Below are positions 39,655 to 49,115 of a stretch of 64,000 bases of DNA, in pieces. A program made the position numbers and the translations under genes. The DNA is from a virus. The notes under the pieces are model-generated. The model ran no database searches, was not told the origin of the DNA, and was given only the letters and a program-made list of their open reading frames with translations. Location: the IMG/VR virus record IMGVR_UViG_3300027734_000038; one strand, given 5' to 3'. How positions within the stretch are numbered: position 1 is the first letter of the stretch; each line of letters begins with the position of its first letter.

Positions 39655-40185
39655 ATGTCCGTATTAACTAGAACTCCTCAAAACACCAATCTACTTCAAC
39701 CTACAAAGTACCTTTTAACCTTTGATAGGATAGGTGCTGCCACTTACTTCTGCCAGTCTGTAAACATACCAGGGGTAAGTGTAGGACAGGCCCCAATCAA
39801 CTTTCCAAGTCTGACTGTATACTCGCCTGGTAACCAAATAACCTACAACAATTTAAATGTCAATTTTCTGGTGGATGAAGCGGTAATATCATGGCAAAAT
39901 CTACATGATTGGTTCCGTTCTTTTGCATCACCGGATGGTACCGATGAACGCAATCTCAAAACGGCACTACAAAATGAGTATAGTAGACAAGACAAAAAAC
40001 AATACTCTGATGCCACTCTAACGGTACTGAACAATCTAAACAATCCTGTAATTCGTGTTCAGTTCACCAATGTATTTCCGGTCTCTTTGTCGGATATCAA
40101 CTTTGATACAAGAATGTCAGCGGATGATATTATTACTGCCGATGCCACATTTGTATATGATGAGTTTAAATTTATACCAGTTTAA
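39655..40185 (+). CDS. gp3: tail completion / tube terminator protein
   Basis: YFCQSVNIPG, YSDATL.VL, FP.SLS.I.F; position after gp23. Confidence 0.8.
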   Translation: MSVLTRTPQNTNLLQPTKYLLTFDRIGAATYFCQSVNIPGVSVGQAPINFPSLTVYSPGNQITYNNLNVNFLVDEAVISWQNLHDWFRSFASPDGTDERNLKTALQNEYSRQDKKQYSDATLTVLNNLNNPVIRVQFTNVFPVSLSDINFDTRMSADDIITADATFVYDEFKFIPV

Positions 40186-40198
40186 TTAGCACAAAGTC

Positions 40199-40227
40199 TT
40201 GCCATTTAACACCGAGTGTGTTAATAT
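40199..40227 (+). promoter_or_regulatory. putative sigma70-type promoter for uvsY
   Basis: TTGCCA-N17-TAATAT. Confidence 0.45.
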
Positions 40228-40258
40228 AGGAAATTGGTGTTAAACTATTGAAAATATT

Positions 40259-40693
40259 ATGGAAAATCTAGAACAAGTATTAAAGTATTGGGAAAAAGAT
40301 GCAGAAATGGACCAGACAGAACCTGGTAAAGAACTTCTGCGTATACCTACTCTACACAATAAGTATCTCTCCATTTTAACAAAACACAAAATTGCTGCCA
40401 AGAAGGCACACTTTGATTATCTACGCCTGCGTAAGATTAAGATTGATTACTACAATGGCAGATTAGACCAAGAAGAATTAGAATCTCGTGGTTGGAAACC
40501 ATTTCAGTTTGTATTAAAGTCCGACATTAATGCCTACTTAGAAGGCGATGATGATTTAATTAAGATGTTGGAAAAGAAAGTATACCATGAAGAATGTGTT
40601 TCGGTTTTAGAATCGGTGATGAATGAATTGAAACAAAGAACTTGGCAACTAAGAGATTTTATTTCATGGGAAAAATTTATAGGAGGTCAATAA
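40259..40693 (+). CDS. uvsY: recombination mediator UvsY
   Basis: IP.LH.KY, YY.G, YLE.D.D, R.WQLR..I.W.KF..G. Confidence 0.9.
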   Translation: MENLEQVLKYWEKDAEMDQTEPGKELLRIPTLHNKYLSILTKHKIAAKKAHFDYLRLRKIKIDYYNGRLDQEELESRGWKPFQFVLKSDINAYLEGDDDLIKMLEKKVYHEECVSVLESVMNELKQRTWQLRDFISWEKFIGGQ

Positions 40694-41331
40694 TGTCTTT
40701 TCTAGTTGCCAATATACCACCCATTAAATGTTTTGTTCGTAAAGAGTTCCTCTACAACCACGAAAAAGGTCATGGTGAATTGGAACCTTGCGTATGGATT
40801 ACTGCCAAGGCCATCAAAGGTCAGGCGTTTCGTATTGAATGTATGTTAACCGATTATGGTGCATTGTTTGATAAATTACCAATCTCTGCATATGTTTGGA
40901 AACCTGTAGAAGAATATCTGCCGTTAGATAACTTACAAATATGGGATTGTCTATCGTATGACATGGCGGTAATTGAAAAATCAAATCTACGAGGCCTTAA
41001 AGTAAAATACTTTGGTAAAGACCGAGTGTTTCATTTTGGTAAATACCTTTTTACAATTGATTTTGCGGCACCAGATTTTAATCGTATTGACACCAGTTTT
41101 TCCGAAGGTGTGCAAGAACATAAGTCATATAATTTTATTCAGTTAGACAATGGACAATTCGCCTGTCAACCAAACAATCGTTGCTTGTGGTATGATGTAT
41201 CATTGGTGCCGCCTGTAGTTAAAACTCCCGACTTTAAAATACCAACAGAGGTATATTCAGTAGAAAATATATCCAAGTGGAGTGTTGGTACCCCAGATTC
41301 GTGGTTCTATAAATTTGATGAAAAAGAATGA
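40693..41331 (+). CDS. conserved phage hypothetical protein
   Basis: TAATG-coupled start MSFLVANIPP; LQIWDC, EHKS, QPNNR motifs. Confidence 0.6.
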   Translation: MSFLVANIPPIKCFVRKEFLYNHEKGHGELEPCVWITAKAIKGQAFRIECMLTDYGALFDKLPISAYVWKPVEEYLPLDNLQIWDCLSYDMAVIEKSNLRGLKVKYFGKDRVFHFGKYLFTIDFAAPDFNRIDTSFSEGVQEHKSYNFIQLDNGQFACQPNNRCLWYDVSLVPPVVKTPDFKIPTEVYSVENISKWSVGTPDSWFYKFDEKE

Positions 41332-42815
41332 GTGATATAACCATAATAAAAAAGGATGAAGTATTTGCCAAGATAACTTGTGAAAAACACGTCTCAAAAG
41401 AGTTATCTGAATTCTTTACCTTTTTTGTTCCTGGTTATCAATTTGTTCCTGCATACCGCAATCGAGTTTGGGATGGAAAAATTCGATTATATAATTTACA
41501 AACAAGCCAAGTGTATCTTGGTTTATTACCATACATTGAAGAATTTTGTAAAGAAAGAAACTACAAATTTGATTATGGTGATCCAAGGCCAGATATCGAA
41601 GATGAGTGTTCAGTCTATCATGCCAAAAAGTTTATTGATTCATTAAACATTCATTCTCGTGGTGAACGAATTGAAATACGAGAACATCAATTGGATGCCT
41701 ATATTCATGCCATGCAAAAACGCCGAGCGTTATTGGTTTCACCAACGGCATCTGGCAAATCTCTTATCATCTATCTAATCTTTCGGCAGTTATTGGAGTT
41801 TCAAAATTTAAAAGGCCTTGTAATTGTTCCCACCACATCATTAGTTGAACAACTGTATTCAGACTTTGGTGACTATAATGATGGTGAAATGACCAATATT
41901 CACCGCATCTATCAAGGCAAAGAAAAAGATACTGATAAACCACTTACCATTTCTACATGGCAATCTCTGTATAAACTTCCAAAAGAATACTTTCATCAAT
42001 TTGATTATATCATTGGTGATGAGGCACACCTATTCAAAGCTCAGTCTTTGACCACAATACTTACTTCCTGTATAAATGCTAAATATAGAATAGGTCTTAC
42101 AGGTACATTAGATGGCACTAAAACACATAAATTGGTATTGGAAGGTTTATTTGGTGCAGTCAAAAAGGTAATTACCACAAGAGAACTAATTGATAAACAA
42201 CAAGTTTCAGATTTTGAAATTAAATGTTTAGTTTTAAAACATGACGATGAAGATTGTTTACAGATAAAAGATAAAACTTATCAAGAAGAAATACAGTATC
42301 TAATTGCAAACGAAAATAGAAATAAATTCATTAAAAATCTTGCAGTTAGCTTAGGCAATAATACATTAATATTATATCAAATGGTTGACAAACATGGTCA
42401 AATCCTGTATGATATGATTAGAAACACCAAAAATATTGGTGATAGAAAAGTATTCTTTATCCACGGTGGTGTAGATGCCAATGATAGAGAAGAAGTTAGA
42501 CGAATTATGGAGATAGAACAAGATGCTATTGTTGTGGCTAGTTTTGGGACTTTTTCTACTGGAATTAATATTAGGAACTTGCATAACATTATATTTGCAA
42601 GCCCATCTAAATCGAGGGTTCGCAATCTGCAAAGCATTGGACGAGGCTTACGACAGAGTGAAGGCAAAACAAAAGCTGTCCTCTACGACATAGCAGATGA
42701 TTTAAGATATAAAAAACATATGAATTTCACATTAAAGCATTTTGTTGAACGAGTTAAGATTTATACAGAAGAACAGTTTCCATTCAAAATATATAAAATA
42801 GGACTTAAAAAATGA
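41328..42815 (+). CDS. uvsW: SF2 helicase UvsW
   Basis: PTASGKS, DEAH, GLTGT, QSIGRGLR. Confidence 0.96.
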   Translation: MSDITIIKKDEVFAKITCEKHVSKELSEFFTFFVPGYQFVPAYRNRVWDGKIRLYNLQTSQVYLGLLPYIEEFCKERNYKFDYGDPRPDIEDECSVYHAKKFIDSLNIHSRGERIEIREHQLDAYIHAMQKRRALLVSPTASGKSLIIYLIFRQLLEFQNLKGLVIVPTTSLVEQLYSDFGDYNDGEMTNIHRIYQGKEKDTDKPLTISTWQSLYKLPKEYFHQFDYIIGDEAHLFKAQSLTTILTSCINAKYRIGLTGTLDGTKTHKLVLEGLFGAVKKVITTRELIDKQQVSDFEIKCLVLKHDDEDCLQIKDKTYQEEIQYLIANENRNKFIKNLAVSLGNNTLILYQMVDKHGQILYDMIRNTKNIGDRKVFFIHGGVDANDREEVRRIMEIEQDAIVVASFGTFSTGINIRNLHNIIFASPSKSRVRNLQSIGRGLRQSEGKTKAVLYDIADDLRYKKHMNFTLKHFVERVKIYTEEQFPFKIYKIGLKK

Positions 42816-43180
42816 TAAAGATAGTTCGATTAAAGAATGGTGAAGATATTATTGGAGATTTAATGAAACTACCAATTGATGATATCCAAATTACAGAACC
42901 AATGTCTGTGGCTATTACAAGTCGAGGACATGAGAATGGTTTAGTCATGTCACATTGGTTGCCAGTTCAATTGATTAAAAAAAATGAAATCACAATTAAA
43001 TCTTGTGATGTGCTTACAATATTTGAACCTAATGATGAGTTTGCAGAGTATTATGTAAATACTGTGGAAAAGATTAAATCTCTTATGAAGGCAAAAGAAT
43101 TAACAGATGAAATGACCGATGAAGAAATTGATGATATTATGGATGCATTGGATGATTCAGAAGGACAGGTAATACATTGA
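42812..43180 (+). CDS. conserved hypothetical (Sm-like) protein
   Basis: IKIVRLKNGEDII; usual position between uvsW and gp55. Confidence 0.6.
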   Translation: MIKIVRLKNGEDIIGDLMKLPIDDIQITEPMSVAITSRGHENGLVMSHWLPVQLIKKNEITIKSCDVLTIFEPNDEFAEYYVNTVEKIKSLMKAKELTDEMTDEEIDDIMDALDDSEGQVIH

Positions 43181-43211
43181 TTAATATTAACATCAAAGGG
43201 GGACACCGAGA

Positions 43212-43240
43212 ACTATACACGTTGTCAAGCCCTTTGTCAA
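43212..43240 (-). promoter_or_regulatory. antisense sigma70-type promoter
   Basis: Minus strand TTGACA(43240-43235)-N17-TATAGT(43217-43212); second TTGACA at 43228-43223. Confidence 0.6.
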
Positions 43241-43261
43241 CAACTTTTAATGGTATATTTT

Positions 43262-43804
43262 ATGGCTAAGCAAAAACACTACATCAATAATGAAGCTTTC
43301 TTAAACTCTTTAATAGATTATAAAGAGGCTTGTAAACTGGCAAAGAAAGAAAAGAAACCTCCTCCAGCCATTCCAAACTATATTGGCGAGTGCTTTATGA
43401 AAATTGCCGAAGGTCTATCTCACAAACCAAATTTCATTAACTATACCTATCGTGATGAAATGATGTCTGATGGTATTGAGAACTGTTTACAATACTTTGA
43501 TAACTTTGATCCGGCCAAGTCTAAGAATCCATTTGCCTATTTTACACAAATCATCTACTTTGCCTTTCTACGAAGAATCTCCAAAGAGAAGAAACAAACC
43601 TATGTTAAGTATAAAGCCACAGAACAAATGGGTATATTGGATGAATTTGAGTTAATGGAGTTTGAAGATGGCACATCCAAACAGTTTGAATTGTATGATA
43701 ACATTGCCGAATTTATTGAAACTTATGAAGATGCAAAAAAGGTAAAGAAGGATATTGCAACGGCAAAGAAAACAAAAGGGCTTGAAAAGTTTTTAGGAGA
43801 ATGA
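43262..43804 (+). CDS. gp55: late-transcription sigma factor
   Basis: HYINN..F, YIGECF.KIA.GLS.KPNF.NY.YR.EM..DGIENC, NPFAYFTQI (alternative start 43250). Confidence 0.96.
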   Translation: MAKQKHYINNEAFLNSLIDYKEACKLAKKEKKPPPAIPNYIGECFMKIAEGLSHKPNFINYTYRDEMMSDGIENCLQYFDNFDPAKSKNPFAYFTQIIYFAFLRRISKEKKQTYVKYKATEQMGILDEFELMEFEDGTSKQFELYDNIAEFIETYEDAKKVKKDIATAKKTKGLEKFLGE

Positions 43805-43810
43805 TATAAT
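43782..43810 (+). promoter_or_regulatory. sigma70-type promoter
   Basis: TTGAAA-N17-TATAAT with TGn. Confidence 0.6.
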
Positions 43811-43970
43811 GTATAAAGTTTCGTATTATTTGGCAAGTTTAGCGGTAAGATTTAAATCATTTGATACCTTACATGAAGCAACTGTATTTGCCAATCAACA
43901 ACCACTCGAATCGGTAATTGAAATTAAATATTATGACCCAATTGACCACAGAAAACCAGGCCGTAACTAA
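43809..43970 (+). CDS. hypothetical 53-aa protein (not in ORF track)
   Basis: AGGAG RBS; MYKVSYYLASLAVRFKSFDTLHEATVFA... Confidence 0.55.
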   Translation: MYKVSYYLASLAVRFKSFDTLHEATVFANQQPLESVIEIKYYDPIDHRKPGRN

Positions 43971-45042
43971 AGTAGCAATTATTACTGACCAGCACTTTGG
44001 AGCTAGAAACGATTCACCCCATTTTTTGGACTACTATGAGAAGTTCTATAAGCACACATTCTTTCCTACTCTTGACAGTAATGGTATTGATACTGTTCTC
44101 ATACTTGGGGACACTTTTGACCGCCGTAAGTATGTAAACTTTTACTCCTTGAAAAGAACCAAGGAAATGTTCTTTGATGAGTTGGCCAAACGGAACATTC
44201 AGGTTCATATGTTGGCAGGTAATCATGATACCTATTTCAAAAATACCAATGAAGTTAATTCGGTAGACCTATTACTCAAAGAGTATACAAATATAAATGT
44301 AATTGATAAACCAACCACAATATGGTTGTGTGATGAGAAGTATCCTATTTGCATGATGCCTTGGATTTGTCCAGACAATCATGATGATTCAATGTTTGTA
44401 TTATCTGATACTGATGCGAATATTTGTATGGGTCATTTTGAAATTGCCGGCTTTGCCATGCACCGTGGTATGCCATCACAAGAAGGATTAAACCGTGGAA
44501 TATTTAAAAAGTTTGATATTGTTTTTTCAGGTCACTATCACCATCGTTCAAATCAAGATAATATCCGTTATCTTGGCAATCCTTACGAACTCACCTGGCA
44601 GGATTATAATGATCCGAGGGGTTTTCATTTGTTTGATATTGATACTCTTGATTTGGAATTTATTGTCAACCCCAACATAATGTTTCATCGTATTACATAT
44701 GATGACAAAGAAACTGCCATTTCAGAGATGTTATCCAAAGATTTAGACAAGTATACCGGAACATATGTAAAGGTTGTGGTAGTCAACAAAACTAATCCAC
44801 ATCTATTTGACCGGTTCATGGACAAATTATACAAGGCTAATCCGGTCGATATTACCATTGCGGAAGACTTTGCTGACTTGACAGAAGGCGTAGATGATGA
44901 TATGATTAATGAAGCTGAAGATACTATCACAATTATTAACAAGTTTGTGGATGGTATTAAAGAAGAACATATTGATAATGACAAACTCAAAACGGTATTA
45001 AAAGAACTGTATGTTGAGGCATTGAACCTAGAACAGGCATGA
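43933..45042 (+). CDS. gp47: Mre11/SbcD-like recombination nuclease
   Basis: TDQHFG, GDTFD, GNHD, GHYH. Confidence 0.96.
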   Translation: MTQLTTENQAVTKVAIITDQHFGARNDSPHFLDYYEKFYKHTFFPTLDSNGIDTVLILGDTFDRRKYVNFYSLKRTKEMFFDELAKRNIQVHMLAGNHDTYFKNTNEVNSVDLLLKEYTNINVIDKPTTIWLCDEKYPICMMPWICPDNHDDSMFVLSDTDANICMGHFEIAGFAMHRGMPSQEGLNRGIFKKFDIVFSGHYHHRSNQDNIRYLGNPYELTWQDYNDPRGFHLFDIDTLDLEFIVNPNIMFHRITYDDKETAISEMLSKDLDKYTGTYVKVVVVNKTNPHLFDRFMDKLYKANPVDITIAEDFADLTEGVDDDMINEAEDTITIINKFVDGIKEEHIDNDKLKTVLKELYVEALNLEQA

Positions 45043-46754
45043 TTATATTTCAGAAAGTCCGTTGGAAGAACTTCTTATCCACCGGCAACGCATTTACCGA
45101 AATCAACTTTCAAAAATCACCAAACACTCTTATCATTGGTCATAATGGTGCGGGTAAGTCTACTATATTGGATGCCTTGTGTTTTGGTCTTTTTGGTAAA
45201 CCATTTCGTAAAATCAACAAACCACAACTTATAAACTCCATCAATCTTCAAGCGGCTGTTGTAGAGATTGAATTTGCCATTGGTAAAAAACAATACAAGG
45301 TAATTCGTGGTATTAAACCAAACACATTTGAAATTTATTGTAATGATGTTCTCGTTAATCAAGATGCAAAAGCGGTAGATTACCAAGAACATTTAGAGAA
45401 GTTCATTCTCAAACTAAATTATAAATCCTTTACTCAAGTGGTTATTCTTGGCTCGGCCTCGTTTGTTCCATTTATGCAATTATCACCGGCAGACCGCAGA
45501 GCAATCATTGAGGACTTATTAGACATTCAAATCTTCTCTTCCATGAATGGTGTTGTCAAAGAGAAGATGTCTATTATAAAAGACATTTCTTCCAAAAACA
45601 AATATGAAATGGATTTAACCTCTGAGAAGATTAACTTCCAGAAGCAGAGTATTGAAGAACATAAGAGCCGTTCTGATGAGGAGATTACCAAGAAACGCAA
45701 AGAGATTGCCGATTCTGTTGACCAAATCTTTACCTTAGAAAGAGATATTGATTTAATACAAAAACATATTAATGTATTGCAGAGTAAAATTGCCGACCAA
45801 ATGTCGGTTCAAAAGAAAAGTTCCAAACTATTACAGTTGGAGTCTAAACTAGAATCTAGAATCAAAAAGATTGATAAAGAGGTATCGTTCTATGAAGAAC
45901 ATTCTGATTGTCCAACCTGTAAACAAGGAATCGAAGAAGAATTCCGAACTGAACAAGTTTCTACTCTCACAAATACAAAGTCAGAGGTCACTACAGCCTT
46001 ATTAGATATCAATACTCAAATTGCTACAACAAGCAAACGAATCGAACAAATTCAAAGTGGTCTTAAACACATCACGGAACACAACAACGAAGTGGTCAAA
46101 CACAATTCAACAATATCGGCAATTAATAAGTTTGTTACAAAACTTCAAAGAGAAGTAGAAGAACTTACCAGTCACAAAGATAGTCTTGAAGATGAAAATG
46201 CCAAGTTGAAAGAACTCAGAGAAGAACTTGGTGTATTGATTAAGAAACAAGAAGAACTGTCCACAGAAAAACAATACTATGAGTTTGCCGGAGCTTTATT
46301 AAAAGATACTGGTATTAAAACAAAGATTATTCGTCAATACTTACCTATTATGAATAAGTTGATTAACAAGTATTTAAGTGCAATGGACTTCTTTGTTAAC
46401 TTCAACATCAATGAAAACTTTGAAGAAACCATTAAGAGCAGACACCGTGATGAATTTGGTTATGCCAATTTCTCCGAAGGTGAGAAGATGCGTATTGACC
46501 TGGCCTTGTTGTTTACATGGCGTCAGATTGCTAAACTAAAAAACTCCACTAATACCAATCTATTAATTTTAGATGAAGTGTTTGATTCTAGTTTAGATAC
46601 AGTAGGCACAGAAGAATTCTTGAAGTTGATTCATGAAATGGGAACAGATACTAATGTGTTTGTTATCTCACACAAAGGCGACCAACTATTTGATAAGTTC
46701 CGTTCGGTCATTAAATTTAAGAAAGTAAATAATTTTAGTCAGGTTGAAAAATGA
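45039..46754 (+). CDS. gp46: Rad50/SbcC-like ATPase
   Basis: GHNGAGKS, CPTC hook, FSEGE, LLILDE, SHK. Confidence 0.97.
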   Translation: MIIFQKVRWKNFLSTGNAFTEINFQKSPNTLIIGHNGAGKSTILDALCFGLFGKPFRKINKPQLINSINLQAAVVEIEFAIGKKQYKVIRGIKPNTFEIYCNDVLVNQDAKAVDYQEHLEKFILKLNYKSFTQVVILGSASFVPFMQLSPADRRAIIEDLLDIQIFSSMNGVVKEKMSIIKDISSKNKYEMDLTSEKINFQKQSIEEHKSRSDEEITKKRKEIADSVDQIFTLERDIDLIQKHINVLQSKIADQMSVQKKSSKLLQLESKLESRIKKIDKEVSFYEEHSDCPTCKQGIEEEFRTEQVSTLTNTKSEVTTALLDINTQIATTSKRIEQIQSGLKHITEHNNEVVKHNSTISAINKFVTKLQREVEELTSHKDSLEDENAKLKELREELGVLIKKQEELSTEKQYYEFAGALLKDTGIKTKIIRQYLPIMNKLINKYLSAMDFFVNFNINENFEETIKSRHRDEFGYANFSEGEKMRIDLALLFTWRQIAKLKNSTNTNLLILDEVFDSSLDTVGTEEFLKLIHEMGTDTNVFVISHKGDQLFDKFRSVIKFKKVNNFSQVEK

Positions 46755-47350
46755 GTGATACAATTATATTTGATACAGAAGCAGCGGTACAAAACAAACC
46801 TTTAATGCAACAGGTAAAAACATTTACCTTGGTGCCAGAGAATCATCCAGCACTACATGAGGTTTTACCAGAATTTGATTTTAGTAATCCGCCTGTAAAT
46901 ACAAATGAATTTGCTTCCACACTGGTAGAAACTTGTAAATTAAATAAAGGTATTGGTTTATCTGCCAACCAATGTGGATTTAAACATAGAGTATTTGTAA
47001 TGGGTGCTGGTGATGAGTATGTGGCATTCTTTAATCCGAAAGTTATTTCCTTATCGGATGAAATGGCATTGATGGATGAAGGATGCCTTTCTTATCCTTT
47101 ACTCTCATTGAAGATTAGTAGACCAAAAGAAATTATGGTTGAATACCAAGACTTCAATGGAGAGATTAGAAATACCAAACTAGTTGGTATATCTGCTCGT
47201 TGTTTTCTCCATGAGCTTGACCATATGAATGGAATAGTGTATACTAGTCGTGTTAAACCTTTGGCATTTCAGGTAGCCATGAAGAAAAGAGATAAACTCT
47301 TTAAAATGGTTAAGAAGATGCAGAAAAATTTGAGTAAGATTAAAAAATAA
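46751..47350 (+). CDS. def: peptide deformylase
   Basis: GIGLSANQ, EGCLS, HELDH motifs. Confidence 0.95.
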   Translation: MSDTIIFDTEAAVQNKPLMQQVKTFTLVPENHPALHEVLPEFDFSNPPVNTNEFASTLVETCKLNKGIGLSANQCGFKHRVFVMGAGDEYVAFFNPKVISLSDEMALMDEGCLSYPLLSLKISRPKEIMVEYQDFNGEIRNTKLVGISARCFLHELDHMNGIVYTSRVKPLAFQVAMKKRDKLFKMVKKMQKNLSKIKK

Positions 47351-48615
47351 TGGCAACACCTATAGAATTCGTTGAGAAACAATGGCAAGCTTGGCAAGAA
47401 AAAAATTCTGCCGATAAGTTTGAACATATTGATGAAGATAATATGAAAGAAGTCCTGATTAAGGATTTAACATATGCTTCTCAAATGGATGTTCGTGAAT
47501 ATACTTTATATCAAAAATGGTGCGAAGTAAAAGAAAGATATCCCGTTCATGAAGTATCCACATTGTTTGGTACTGAAGTTCAAATGGTGGATCCTGAGCA
47601 AAAGAAACTAGTTGATAAAGTCAAAGCAAACTTTTGGGTACCACAATCACCTGATGATTATGAAAATTTAAAACCTAAAATGGTTCTCTCAAATGGTCCT
47701 GATGCCGAAACTTGGAATGCCGTTAGGACATTTTCTTCAACAATGAAGAACAATAGTAACATTGGTCGCAATCTATTTTACATTCTTACCGATGAAGTTA
47801 CCAAAAAATATCTTGGTGTTATCTGTATCTCCTCAGACTTTCTGGACTTGACTCCGAGAGATAATGCAATCGGATGGTCAAGAGATGTTAAGACACAGCA
47901 ACACATGATTAATCACACCGCAATTGGATCCACCATCGTTCCGTTGCAACCATTAGGTTTTAATTACATGGGAGGCAAACTGCTTGCCTTAATGTGTTTA
48001 TCTGATACAGTTCAAAAAGATTGGAAGCGTCAATATGGAGACACTCTTGTTGGCGTTACTACAACGTCACTCTATGGAAAAACAAAAGCCGGAGGCCTCT
48101 CGCAGTATGATGGCCTTGAACATTGGAATCCTATGGGTTTTTCTTCTGGTTCTGTGGCTTTCGAACCATCTAGGTCAACCAAGAAATTAGTCTTTGATTG
48201 GATTAAAGAAAATCATACTCGTAAATATTTTGAATGGTGGGAAGCCAAGAATACACAAGGACTTCCACTTAAGCGTGACCATAAGAATCGGTCTTTAAAT
48301 TTTGCATATTCTAAATTGCAAATACCAAAAGAATTGATTCGTACCGAACATCAGCGTGGTATCTATTTTAGTCCACTCTATAATAATACCTTTGAATTTC
48401 TCCGCAAGGAGATTACCGATTCTGAACTGGTAAAGTCTTTTGATACCAGTGAAGAAACCCTTGCTAATATTTGGAAACAAAAATATGCTAAGGGTCGTAT
48501 TAGGCAATTACAGAAAAAGAATACCGTTTCATACGATTCTTTATTCTATGATGACCTAATATACTTGTCTTGGGAAGATACCAAGGCAAAATATTTGCCA
48601 CAAGTTGGCAGATAA
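47350..48615 (+). CDS. DUF4338 / Druantia DruA-like protein
   Basis: P.G.NY.GGKLLA, TTTSLYG, SQY.GL, G.S.GS motifs recalled from the DruA/DUF4338 family. Confidence 0.65.
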   Translation: MATPIEFVEKQWQAWQEKNSADKFEHIDEDNMKEVLIKDLTYASQMDVREYTLYQKWCEVKERYPVHEVSTLFGTEVQMVDPEQKKLVDKVKANFWVPQSPDDYENLKPKMVLSNGPDAETWNAVRTFSSTMKNNSNIGRNLFYILTDEVTKKYLGVICISSDFLDLTPRDNAIGWSRDVKTQQHMINHTAIGSTIVPLQPLGFNYMGGKLLALMCLSDTVQKDWKRQYGDTLVGVTTTSLYGKTKAGGLSQYDGLEHWNPMGFSSGSVAFEPSRSTKKLVFDWIKENHTRKYFEWWEAKNTQGLPLKRDHKNRSLNFAYSKLQIPKELIRTEHQRGIYFSPLYNNTFEFLRKEITDSELVKSFDTSEETLANIWKQKYAKGRIRQLQKKNTVSYDSLFYDDLIYLSWEDTKAKYLPQVGR

Positions 48616-48616
48616 A

Positions 48617-48663
48617 GTATCATATATGTTACATAAACCGCTTTAATGGCACATATATGATAC
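48617..48663. repeat. 13-bp perfect inverted repeat with 21-bp spacer
   Basis: GTATCATATATGT ... ACATATATGATAC. Confidence 0.85.
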
Positions 48664-48688
48664 ATTAACAAGTATACCGCAAATATGC

Positions 48689-48718
48689 TTGACTTACACA
48701 CATACATAATGATATACT
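48689..48718 (+). promoter_or_regulatory. sigma70-type promoter
   Basis: TTGACT-N18-TATACT with extended TGn. Confidence 0.6.
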
Positions 48719-48780
48719 ATGTGGACTCGTTGAAGATGTTGACGAGATTTTATTATTAACTTTACTATGGAGTATTAAAA

Positions 48781-49050
48781 ATGGCTAAATTATCAGCTAA
48801 ACAAAAAATGTTGAACGCCTTGACACAAACAGAAGGCTACAACACATTCACAACCAAACAAGCTCAACGCCGTTTTGGTATCACCAATGTTTCTGCTCGC
48901 ATCTCTGAGTTGCGCCAAGAAGGTTATGCTGTTTATGGTAACAAGAAAAACATCGGTGGCGAAGTGCAGACTGTGTATCGTTTAGGTACACCAAGCAAGT
49001 CTTTCAAGGCACAATGCCGTGCTAACGGTGTTCGTGTTCAATCAGTTTAA
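48781..49050 (+). CDS. small winged-HTH DNA-binding protein
   Basis: FT.KQA..RFGI.NVSARISELRQEGYAVY. Confidence 0.7.
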   Translation: MAKLSAKQKMLNALTQTEGYNTFTTKQAQRRFGITNVSARISELRQEGYAVYGNKKNIGGEVQTVYRLGTPSKSFKAQCRANGVRVQSV

Positions 49051-49064
49051 TCTGATTTGATGTG

Positions 49065-49099
49065 AGGGGTTTCCACGAAAGTGGTTACCCCTTTTTTTT
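49065..49099 (+). terminator. intrinsic terminator
   Basis: AGGGGT-TT-CCAC-GAAA-GTGG-TT-ACCCCT plus T-run. Confidence 0.8.
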
Positions 49100-49115
49100 A
49101 TTTCTCGGAGAACAA

